From contig CM075985.1 of the NCBI GenBank assembly GCA_038087875.1, forward strand, positions 9,796,001-9,860,000: a DNA stretch of 64,000 bases, given 5' to 3'. Source of the stretch: Malacoraja senta. Taxonomy: Eukaryota. A program made the position numbers and the translations under genes. Shown here piece by piece: positions 42,085-53,710 of this stretch. Each line of letters begins with the position of its first letter. Position 1 is the first letter of the stretch. The notes beneath the pieces are model-generated. The model made no database searches and was not told where the DNA came from. It saw nothing but the letters and a program-made list of their open reading frames with translations.

Positions 42085-43120
42085 CAGTCAGGGTGGGCAC
42101 TGAGGTTGAACAGTGATGGATAGACAGAGTGGACAATGATGAATGGTCAGAATGGGCAGTAAGGGTGGACAATAATGGATGGTCAGAATGGGCAGTAAGG
42201 GTAGGTAGTGAGGGATGGGTTGTGAAGGTGACAGTGATGGTGTAAATAAGCTCTTTTAAGCTTCCCCCAGTCTAGTTCAGTCAATAAACCACTGATTCAA
42301 GCACTGAAACAACTAATCTTTATTTTTGGATAGCACAACAAATTACCCTATACAATACCTAAACCACTGCAGGTTCGATCCTTGTATCAGCCTGGCCAAG
42401 CCCTTCAGCCTCGTGCAAGCAGAAACACTCCAAAAGGTCACGCAGTCCCAAGCACTCTTCCAGAAGATCGACAAAGGACCTCGTGGGAGCTGCCTTTTAT
42501 AGGTCCCTGAAGCTTGAGGGGCCGAACTACAGAAGGGTGGTCTATTTATAATCCAATCAAACATAACAAATTAGAACAATACATTATTGACAGTTACACA
42601 GACCAATAGCAGAATTCCCCTTACATTGTTGCAGGAGAAGCTTCCAGAAGAGGCTAACATAACTTGAATAATGCAACATTTACCCTGGGATTCAAACAAA
42701 CCAGCCAGAGCTTAACATTTCAACCAATCAACAATTAACAGGGTAACTGTCTCGCAACATTATTTTCAATATGTACACTTAGTTTGCATTTATCCAATTA
42801 ACTTCATGCATTTTACATTTCCTTGGAGAAATCCCATCCATCTGTCAATTGAATATGCAACACTGACCTGGTCCCTAGACTTACTGGCACCATTCAGAAG
42901 CTTGTCTTATTCCTGCAGAGCACACCAGACTTCACCAAAATAGCCTAGCAATACATGAGTCCTTACTAAATTTTGGTACCATGGCTGCTTGGTTTCAGCC
43001 AAGATTAACAATGGATGATCAGAATGGAAAGTAAGGGTGAACAGTGATGGATATTCTGGCTGGGCAGTGTGAGTGGGCAGTGATGGATGGTCAGAGTGGG
43101 AAGTGAGAGTGGACATTAAG
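42085..43120. repeat. Degenerate minisatellite of about 33 bp (ggatggtcagaatgggcagtaagggtggacagtgat-like), split by the solo LTR into 42085-42240 and 43011-43120
   Basis: The same unit is visible on both sides of the insertion. Confidence 0.75.
42241..43010 (-). mobile_element. Solo LTR (770 bp), Gypsy or ERV type
   Basis: TGTAAAT...ATTAACA imperfect inverted termini; 4-bp TSD atgg at 42237-42240 and 43011-43014; on the minus strand CCAAT boxes, TATAAAA (42501-42495) and AATAAA (42324-42319) occur in U3-R-U5 order. Confidence 0.82.
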
Positions 43121-43779
43121 GCAATGCAATTGAGTTGAGTCATTGTGCTATAAACTTTATGCATTTCTCTGAGGAACATTGGAGAATTAAAATGTTGCAC
43201 GAATCGAAAGGATGGGACTTAAAGGGGTGCATTTGTGCATTTATATGGAAGAACTGAGGGATGAGACAAATAAGTGTCGTTCAAAGGGCTGGTCCAGATA
43301 TAATGGGCTGAATGGGCTCTTTGCATTACAGGGTGCAATGACTCCAGATGGAAGATGGCTGATGTTTGTTGATAATGCATCAGAAAAAGGCATTTACAAA
43401 TTGTGAGGAGAGTAACCGTGGAGAGTAAATGGTGTCATGTTCAACTTGTGCCATGTGGGCTCTTTCGGAGCAACCTCTGTGTTTTTCTCCATGTGCTCCA
43501 TCGTAAAATTCCTGTTCAGAATGTACACGTCACTGTACAACGCCTCCCCCTTCTGTCGTAACTGTACAACTCCTCCTCCTTCTGTCGTGGGGTAGACTGA
43601 GACTGACTCCCCTTCCCCCCCAATCTTTGCACATCGTCAATCCTTCCCATTCGTCACTTTAATTTCATGTTACATGTATTTTGTGATTTTATAACTGTTG
43701 GCAGATCAATTTCCCTCCTGGGATAAATAAAGTTCTATCGTATAGTATGGAATAAGCACCACTGAAGCTTCTCTTCATC

Positions 43780-46170
43780 CCTCACATTCACAGTGGTTCC
43801 CCGAGAGTATCTACTTTCACAAAGTGACCCACAGCTTTATCAGTATTCATGGTGATTCTTGTAGGTATATTACATTTACAGCTACTCTGGCCAGGTATCA
43901 GTATTCACTGGTTTCACAGATATTAATACTCACTGGGGGAGCACTACTCACTCTGTAAATACCAATATTCTTCCAGAATTCTTGCTGAGCACAGATAAGC
44001 AGCCAGGACACTGTGAATCTGGGTGCAGTCCTGGGACCCAGCGCGAATACTCATGGAAACATCGGTACCTCTATGAATATTGCAACCGTGTGTCAATGCC
44101 GGTAACCTCCTGTACTGATCTACAGTGATACAGATACACTCCTAGGACACCCTGTGAATGACTCATGTACATCTGAGAATACTGAGATCACCTGGGGCCT
44201 GGGAAAACTGATTAATTCCCAGGATCCTTTGTAAAAATGATAGAACCCTCTATGACTATTGTTATACCCCTGGGGCACTTTCTGAATGGTGACATACATC
44301 CACGATGGTCTATGTACTGAAATATACCTGGACTCCTGTGAATAGGAATTACTTCCCAGCAACCCAGGATCTCCTGCTAACATCCTCCCAGAACCCACTA
44401 TGAATACTGACACCCTCCTCAATCTCCTGTGAATACTGAAACACTCCCAGAACTCCCTTTGAATACTAACACCCTCCCAGGAACCTGTGTGAATACTAAC
44501 GCCCTCCTGGGAATACTCTCATGTCTTCCTCCTCTGTGGTACCTCTGCACGCCTGGGCACTCTGAACATTGACACGGTCAAGATGCCTGAGGAACTGATA
44601 AGTTACAATCTCTGTGAGTACAGAACACCCCTACTTTACGGAGGGCTTGCTTTCCAATCCAACCGTCCGTATTGCAAATTTCTGCAAAATTTACTCTTGC
44701 CAAAAATTGACATTTGTTGTTCCTCTTAATTGCTTATTTTTTTCCCACATACGAGAAAGAGCGAATTTTTAATCTGCATCTGAAGTTTTTGGTGGTGATT
44801 AGTGATTTACCATTAATAACACAGACATAGATACACTCCAGATCTTCTGTGAATGCAGATACGCTGTTGAGACCCTTTAAGAATGTTGATACAAGGTCCC
44901 GTTGGGAAACAAACTTAGCCAGGGCCATGTGTGAATACTGATACAAGTCACACTTCTGTGAAAACTGATGCATACCAAAATCCTCTGTGAATATTGATTA
45001 TCCTCCCAGGACACATGGTGGATGCTGATTCATTCCAGGACCCGCTTTGAATATCGAAGTGCTTCTAGTATCCTCTGTGAATGCTGATAGACTCCAGTAA
45101 TGCTCTGTGAAAGCTGATATCTTTCTGGGATTCTTCTCGAACCTGCTGTGGAAACTGATACTGCCCTGAATCCCTGTGAATGCCAGTAACCTCCTGTACT
45201 GGTGTGAGTACTACCGGAACCCTCTGCATACCAACATGTTCCCAGGGCCCCCTCTGAACATGGATACACACATGGCACCTTCTGAGAATATCGATTCACA
45301 TCTGGAGCCCACAACTAATACTGGGAACCTCTGTGAACTGATTCACTTGGGACACCTTGAGAATATTGAGGCACTCCCCCCCATTCTTCTTAGACTCACA
45401 GTAAATAGAGGTATCCTGAAGACCTTCTCCGGGGACCTTCTGTGAATACTGTTGTACACCTGAGACTCCCTGAGAATATGGAAATGTTTCCATGACCTTC
45501 TGTGAGTAGTAATATACTCACACAAGGCCAGAATCCATTATGAATACCTCTCGGACCTTCCGTAGATGTTGAAAGACTCCTGGGGCAATCTGTGAATGCT
45601 GATACATGCTCAGGAAAATTCACAAAATCGCCTGTGAAAATTGACTTTGGAAACTCTGTGATTACTGATTTACACCTGAAACACACTGTAAATGCTGATT
45701 CTCTCCAAGGACGTTTTGTGAATAGTGATACATTTTTTTGAAAATCCATGAATACTAATACTTTTCCAGGATCCTCGGTGAATACTGACACACATGTGGA
45801 ATCTTCTTATTAAGATATTTGAATACACACTTGGGGCCCTCTGGGAATACAAATATACTGCTGAGGCACCTTGTGAATGTTGACACACACGTGGACCCTC
45901 TGTACAAACTGAGACAACCCAGGACCCTGTGTGAATATTAATTCCATTCTGGGACCCCCTGCATGCATAGATACATTCGTGTGAACCCCTGTAATGATGA
46001 TAGTGTAATGGACCTTTTCATAACTAGTCAGATTCTGGGACCCTCCTCTAATGTGACACACTCCTGTGAACCTGTTTAAATACCAAATCATTTCTGGATC
46101 TCTTTGTGATCACAGAAACAAAGCCAGGAAAATTGTTATTACCAGCATATTCCAGGGACCTTCCTTGCAC
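43780..46170. repeat. Highly degenerate 30-bp minisatellite (approximate consensus TGTGAATACTGATACACTCCCAGGACCCTC), interrupted at about 44620-44820 and inverted left of about 43940
   Basis: tgaatact recurs at 44401, 44430, 44460 and 44490 (period 29-30) and in many degenerate forms through 46170. Confidence 0.85.
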
Positions 46171-47489
46171 AACACCTCCTCCCCACCCTCCTGTTGAATA
46201 CTGAAGCGCAAGTCTCTAATGTTCATAACTGTTTTGCGGGACAAATGTGACTGAGAAGAATCTGGTTCAGAATTTCCATTTTTAGTTGCTGAGAATTCGG
46301 TGAATACCTTTTTACATGTTTATAATACATTCTCATCCAAATTAATTCACAATGCCAGCTAAATGAATAATTTATGTAACTCTCACATTAACAACAATCA
46401 GAAATAATTCATGAGTTAAATCAGTTCCAGTTTTAAAATTCAATCTGCTGCAATCAAACAAAAGTTCACTTACCCCTCACTATCACTCCTGGAGAAACAC
46501 TGTTGAGTTGCTTTTCAGCAGAAATTCATATGGATATCCCTGGCTCTTAACAATTAGCAAATATTTTGAATGTTTAAAAGGAAGACATTTTTCTTTCACA
46601 GATTCCATTTGCTGAGCATTTAAAGATTAAGTTGCTTTTTTGGGCCAACTGCAGTAAGATTGTCACGTGTCTGGTGCTTGGAAGAGAAATCTCTACCCTA
46701 GAAAGGGCTTAGAGGGCATTTAATGAGGGATAAGATTTCAGGAATAGTGTCTAACTAAGCCAGTAGAAAAGGATTTACTTTTGCCTACTTATTGAGGGGA
46801 GGATGGATTTCGAGGCCAATTACTTATTTTGCTTAAGCAAACAGAGCATTAACTTCTTTTAAATTGCAGTGCGATGAATCATAAGGTTTTATTTGTTAAC
46901 GTTTGAGGAGAAAATGTTGGCCATTTCAAACTTATTGTCAGAGCAATAATGCGACTGAGTTATGCTGCTAACACAAAGGATATATTTTTATCTGCTCAAT
47001 GAACAGATCACATATTAGCTGTCCAGGTGAAAACACCTGTAGCAGATTTGACCTATGATTTTATCATTGGTCTTGCATTTTGCAGCAATTTATCTTTGAA
47101 TTTATATTGGGCCTTACTTTTTGCAGCAAGATTTCATTTGAAACCAATTGGAGTAGAAATTTAACTGTACACATAAACTAGCTCTAAATTTCACGAACCT
47201 GTTCACACAAGATTTATATGTGCACCTTGTGCAAAGATGCAGGTATTGGGTAAGCATGTAACACAGAGGATTCTGCATTTGCACACACTAAGCTTGTGTA
47301 ATATCAGCTGTAGCTGCAACTAATCACCGCCTCTTAAAGATGAACAGAACATTGCTGAAGGTCATTGTGCAGTTAATGTTTGGGCACAGCTCGAGCGGTT
47401 GCTCCATTTCACTGACACTGAGCTAAACATCCTGGTTAAAGAGGTGGAACTCAAAGGGAGGGTTCTAACAAGGGCTGGTTCTAACATAG

Positions 47490-47780
47490 GCTTGATGCCC
47501 CAGTATAACTCTGTGCTGTTTGTGTGGAGTCTGCACGTTCTCCCTAAATTATCTTGATCTCCCTTGGATGAACTGATTTCCTCCCACATCCCAAAGACGT
47601 GCTGGTTAGCTGATTAATTGTCTACTGTAAATTGCCCTGGTGTGGAGCCAGTGGTAGAATCTGGGAAATTGGATTACTCTGGCATAGATAAATGGCCTCC
47701 TCGTATGTATGAGAATGTGGAAAATGAAAAATGAACCTGAGGTAGGGTTGGGGAGACAGGTTTGTGAACCCTCCAATAAT
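47490..47780 (+). mobile_element. Degenerate V-SINE-like element
   Basis: gtgtggagtctgcacgttctccc...cctcccacatcccaaagacgtg...tgtaaattgccct core. Confidence 0.7.
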
Positions 47781-48388
47781 CTCGTGAGGTTATGGATGCA
47801 CATGTATATGATTGTCTGTTCGCATTATGAATGTATGTACATAGACCTACAAAAGTCTGAAGTTTGAAGAACCACACAAGTTGCTAGCAAGAGGAGGTGG
47901 GAAGGGAAAGAAATGCCCATAGGAATATAGTACTGGTTCATCAAGAATGTTAATGACTCTACTTGCACAAGTAAGGTCAATGAACGAAACGACCAAAGTC
48001 CATCTACAAGAGATTCAGCCCTGCACAAGAGCAGGTGACGGGCCCATTGTAACGCAAGAACAAAACTAGTTATCAAGGACAGAGGACTAGATAGTGTCCA
48101 AAGAACATGTGGAAGAATTCCTCAATGGTGATTCTGCTCTTTATGTGAGCACCCTTGCCTCCATTCCACAGCAAACTTCATGGTTCAACCTCACTGCCAC
48201 AATTAAGAAGTCAAAAAAGCCAGGTGACAATTCAAAAATAAACAGGCATTTGGGCCAAACAGCATCCCTGCTGAAGTTCCAAAACTCCGTTACAAATTCA
48301 CAATCTCATCTCCTTCCCTTGGGAAGAGGACATGTCAAGGGACATGAAAAACCTGATCGAGTGCCGCAGTATACCTAACCCCATGATT

Positions 48389-48540
48389 CACCTACACACA
48401 CATGCACACGCACACATGCTTACACACAACGTACAAGCACATTCACGCATGCGCACGCACGCACACATACGTATGCACACATGTACATACACGCACGCAC
48501 ACGTACATGCACACTCACACGTGTACACCCACACACACGC
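48389..48540. repeat. Imperfect (CA/CG/TA) alternating purine-pyrimidine microsatellite
   Basis: Seen directly. Confidence 0.9.
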
Positions 48541-51500
48541 TCTGGTACCTGTGGAGATGGTCAGCAGGATGACCATTGGTAAGTTGCTGGTTCAGTTTAT
48601 GATCACCAGTCACATCAGTGTCCTTATGTTTAACCCTCCTCCCACTAACCCCATTTCCCCACATTCCATACAGTCCTCTGTTATAAAGGTAAGGTGATTT
48701 CAACAGATCACAATTTACAATTGATTTTGGACTAAAATATAGTCCTTAGTACTGAAAAAATATGTACAATGAATCTTAATTTGTGAGCCAGTTATATAAT
48801 GGGATCACACAGGTGATTTGACAACATTACTTCATTTAACCTCAGCTGATGTGCTATAAGAGGATTTGATGTGGTGGAGGATGTTAATCTTTGACGTCAT
48901 TCCAGATGGTTTCAAAACCAGCAACATCGTTTCCAGCTCACATTGACCTTTTTGATAAATTGTAATCAGGTTTGAGCAAGGGAAAACTTGCTCCATGTTT
49001 AAATTGAGCGAGAGGCATCAAAACCAAAAAAAAATGATTATTCAAAAAGGATACCGACCTGAAACATCATCTGTCATTTCCTTCCACAGATGCTGCCTGA
49101 CCCGGTGAGTTCCTCCAGTGGTTTGTTTTTTGATGTCGATTCCATCATCTGTAATCTCTTGTGTCTTCAAAATCAAATACTCTATTGGCAACAGTTCTCA
49201 GACTACAACATGAAGCATTTATAATATTAATTCAAACTTGTCTCTCCATTTGCATTGCCTGATCTGCAGGGCATTTCCTACAGCTTTGATCTGCATTTAA
49301 CAGATCTTTAACGTTCTTTTATTTGTATCTTTTCTCTTAATTTCCCTCATTAATCTATCCAGTTGGCAACATCAATCACTTTTTGCCACTGCAATCTTGG
49401 CTTTACCTTATCATAAATATTCCCTTCATGCATTCATCCACTAAAAACCAACTTGTTTTCTCAAATTCCCAGTTTTGACCCGAAACATTAAGTCTGCTTT
49501 CCTTTCCACAGATCTGCATAACCTGCTGAGTGTTTCATTATTTGCAACCATCTGTCTCATCTCTTCTTCTATATTTGGGTTGCAACTATGCTGTCTGTAT
49601 TCCAATTCCCTTAAGAACAAGGGTTAGAAGTGTATATTTTGGAGCAAGTCCATTCCTTGCTTCAAATTTCCTACCCTTGACTGAGAAATAAGTGAGGTTT
49701 GAAGTGAGCTGAGGAATAAGGCAGGAAGATCTTTAGTTAGCGTGGGAGGTGCTTTTAGGATGTGTGGGGAGGTGGGATTGGTATGCATGGTGGAGTGGAG
49801 GATTGAGGGATTATGTTGGAGATGTGGGAACAACATTAACTGAGTGGATGGAATGCATAGGGGGAGTTGAGATCAAAGGGTTTGGTGGGGTTGGGATCAA
49901 GCAATTTGATACAGAGGTGAGATATGGGAGAAAGGGGGATCTGGATCTAGTAAGTGTATTCTTTTGCTTCCTTACATACAATGGAGTCCAAATACAGAGC
50001 ATGCAAGCAAATGTTCATGAGACATGCGGAAATTGAAACAAGGTGTCTCTTCTTTCGAGGGCTCCTCACAGACTGCCGCGCATTTCTCTACACATTGCTG
50101 AAACCCAGATAGCAAGTAGTCATATGACACAATCAGTAAAGAAGCACCAGATATAAAGCAACAACCCGTGTTGCACATACCTCAGTGGGGAGGTGGATAC
50201 TAGGTGAGGATAATTTGGCCAATACGTATATTTGGAAAGTGATTTGAGGGCTGAGGGTTGCAGGGGAGGCGGTACTAGTAACAGCTAATGGACTCCTTGG
50301 CCTTTATAAATTATTAATTTATAAAAACTTACAAACGATATGAAAACATGTTGGTATCTCTATAATGTGTATTTGGGTAACCTTGTGGAGGATTGAGAGC
50401 ACACTGCTTTACCTGAACCATTGCATAAATGTTTGATTCTTGATCAACACCGAAAGACAAAGAGCTGATGTCCAAGGAATAAGTTAGGCGCACATATTAG
50501 TGTTGAGAACAGCAAGTCTTGGACAAAATAAAGGATGGTGTGAGGTTCCATAGGGCAGGAGAAAGATCCATTGTATGGAGTAAAAATCCACAACATCTGT
50601 TAAGGTCCGCAGGCTGCCAACATACACCATAGGTTAGAGTCAAGCCTCATGGGTTAAAGGACCACAGGATCAGGTCAAGGCTCACTAAATGGAATCAGGA
50701 TACACAGTTTAAGGTCACGATCCACTTTGCATTGAGTGCAGTGTATTCAATCCCTTGAGTACATTGGGTAGGATCTGGATCCACACAATAAGGCCACAAT
50801 CTAAATTAAATTGTCCACTACTTAAATGGAAGAGCCCCTACAGTAAAGTTTCTCACAACAATGTAAACTTCCACTGGACCGAATAAAGATTAACTGAAAG
50901 GATATTATTTAAGGACCAAGAATCATTGTATTTTTTATGGGTTCATGGAGTTTTTACAAAAGCTATGATAGAAACTTGGAGAATTTCAGCTGAGATTGAA
51001 CTCTTGCATCTGTGTGGTGGAGAGGTGAGTTTGCTGACTTACTTTACATGTGTATATATCAGTACTTGTGAAGACAGGATTTTTAATTTGCTAATAGGAT
51101 GTGAACAAAGCTGGCAAGCCCAAACTCTCTTGGTTTGGGGAAGTGCCTCTATTTCAAATCTGCTTCAGAAGCACCCACAATTGCAACAATGCGGTGACAA
51201 TGAAGGAATGTCAGTATATGCCAAAATCAGAATGGTACGTGAATTCAAGCAAACCTGGAACTGATGCCAGTTCCATGCTTGTCACAGGTGCAAGTGACTG
51301 GACGGGAGCTGAAATGACCTTGCTGAGATCCTGCACTGTATTCTGCAGTTTGTAAATGAGGCAGCCAGAGTATAGCGGATGGGAGTGCGTACAGTGATTT
51401 CAAGTGAACTGTTCTGGCTCGGATGCTGTTGAACCTCTTGTGTGTTTATGCTGCACAACAGGTAAATGATCCTATGAGTCAAGGCTTCCAACTTCGAGTT

Positions 51501-52929
51501 CTAATTAAGAAACAAAAATGAAGTCAGAGTCACTAATGAATTAAAAGTTAATGTTTTCCTTTTCCTTTCAAATCTATTAACATTGGAGTGGCAAGGGCAG
51601 TGGAGTATTGCAATATTTGTTGCTGCTGCCGCACAGCTGGGTTAAACCATGACTTCCAGTGCGTTCTGTATGGAGTTGAATATTCTTGCTGTAACTATAT
51701 GAATATTCCCCAGGGTGCTCTAATTTCCTCCCACTATCCAAAGACACGTGGTAGGTTAATTGTCTACTGTAAATTACCCTATAGTGGGCAAAAGAATTTA
51801 AAAAGTTTGAGCATGCGAGAGAAAGTAAGTTGAGGAGTACAGGAAAGTAAGGAGAACTGGAGAAATGGACATGCTTTGCTGAGAGCTGGTATAGGCTGAA
51901 GGGGCTGAACTGTAAGAACTGTACCATGTTTAATTAGATATCAAGAGACAAGAGTGTTTAATCATTACATGAACCAGGACTGGGACAATGAAATGTGTAC
52001 TTGCTGCAGCTTTACAGGCACATAAAATGCAATAGTTTAACAACGCTGTCAGTTAAATACATGCAAACAGGCATATACAAACACATATATGCACACATAC
52101 ATAGAGCACTCACAAATGCACCTATATTTACACATACACACTTACATGCATAGATACTTAAATGAACCCAAGCCAGATTTAAAGTTGCCATATATATTTG
52201 TCACCACTTGGGGTCAGCAGAGTGCCAAGGATGTGTTACACCTGAAGCGTTTTAAGCAGGTGAATGAATGGGGGAATTTCAAGGAACACAAATAAGAGGC
52301 TAATAATTACTTTGCAAATGAGTGTTGGAGCAATCTGTCGTGTGAGGCCATCTGCCCTGACAGATTACGAGCCTTGTTCTAAGAGGATAATATTAACCGG
52401 TGTTCCATTAATAACTGGGACAATCACTGTGAAATGATTAGAATTATAATCACAGAGGAACTCAGCAGAGCTGAGCATACACAAGCAATGTGTTATGTAT
52501 CACAGCCTGAAGCCTCAAGCTACTGACACATCTGTGAAACAAACCCTTTGAGGATTATGAGTGACATTTTCCAAATACACTGTGACTTTGTGAGGTGCCA
52601 AAGGAATTGCTCTGACACTATACGTTCTTGGCATAGAAATGTGAGGAGGCCTTTCAGCCCGTCAAGCCATTCTATTAAATTTATAATTTATTTTTTACTG
52701 CTACCCCATTATTCTATTATCCCCAAAAAATCCCTTAATTTCAACTTTGACATTTTAACTCTAGCTTTGGGAGCAGGAAGGTGAGGAGGGCATCCAAACA
52801 AGGAAAGAGAACCTGCTTTATGTGCAAAACTACTTTCCTTTTCCTGAACCCCTGCCCTAATTTCACATTATGTCACCTTAATTTCACCTTGAGGGGAAAA
52901 AGTTTATCAGTATTTCATATTTTAACTGG

Positions 52930-53412
52930 AGTAGTGCATGTAGATCTGCTCGTGCCGTTACAGGAATGATGTTGAAGCTCTGGAAAGAGTGCAGAATGCT
53001 GCCTAGTTTAGGGGGCATTAACTACAAGGAGAAGGTGGATTAGTTTCTCTGGAATTCTGGAGGTAGAGAGAGACCTGACAGAAGTATCTTAAATTATGAG
53101 AGACACAGATAGGGGAGACAATCAGAGCTTTTTTCCCCAGGGTGGAAATGTCAAAGAGTAGAGGGCATAGCTTTAAGGAAAGAAGGGCAAAGTTTAATCG
53201 AGATGCACGGGGCAAGTTTTTTACACAGGGTGGTATTGGTGGCAGATGTGATAGTGGCATTTAAGAGGCTTTTAGATGGGCACTTGGATATACAAAGAAT
53301 GGAGGAATATCCATTATGTGCAGTGATGAGATTAGTTTATCATGTCATAACGTTCGGCATAGACATTGTGGGCCAAAGGGCTTGTTCCTGTGCTGTACTT
53401 TTCTATGTTCTA
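52930..53412 (+). mobile_element. CR1 3' fragment
   Basis: Degenerate ALE.VQ..., agagggcatagctttaag, gggccaaagggcttgttcctgtgctgta tail. Confidence 0.8.
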
Positions 53413-53499
53413 ATTACATCAATCAGACCTTCCCTCATCTCCTAACTAACAAGAATAGCTTTTGATGAAGCTTTGTCAAAGATGTTTGATCTAGATTTA

Positions 53500-53710
53500 G
53501 GGTGGTCACGGTGGCGCAGCGGTAGAGTTGCTGCCTTACAGCGAATGCAGCGGAGGAGACCTGGGTTCGATCCCAACTACAGGTGCTGTCTGTACGGAGT
53601 TTGTATGTTCTCCCTGTGACATGCGTGGGTTTTCTCCGAGATGTTCGGTTTCCTCCCACACTCCAAAAGACGTACAGGTTTGTAGGTTACGCATCCAAAC
53701 TAAACTAAAA
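53500..53710 (+). mobile_element. tRNA-derived V-SINE-like element (internally deleted)
   Basis: A-box-like tggcgcagcggt, B-box gggttcgatcc, (ctaaa)n tail. Confidence 0.85.

Noticed and set aside
43780-46170. CRISPR-like array or a mucin exon for the cadherin
   Set aside because: The context is vertebrate with no cas genes, and the segments between cores are homologous to each other rather than unique spacers. There is no long ORF, and the position and strand are wrong for a CDHR5 mucin segment.
46474-46488. 15-nt minus-strand micro-exon candidate (ttctccag|GAGTGATAGTGAGGG|gtaagt)
   Set aside because: The splice-like sites are good, but there is no independent support. It could be a 5' UTR exon, which cannot be shown without transcripts.
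49972-50178. Minus-strand Cys-rich ORF (QCVEKCAAVCEEP...) as an exon of a third gene
   Set aside because: No recognisable domain and no partner exons. The opposite strand is at least as well explained as transposase debris.
53500-53580. tRNA gene
   Set aside because: The tRNA-like head continues directly into a SINE body and has several diverged copies in the window.
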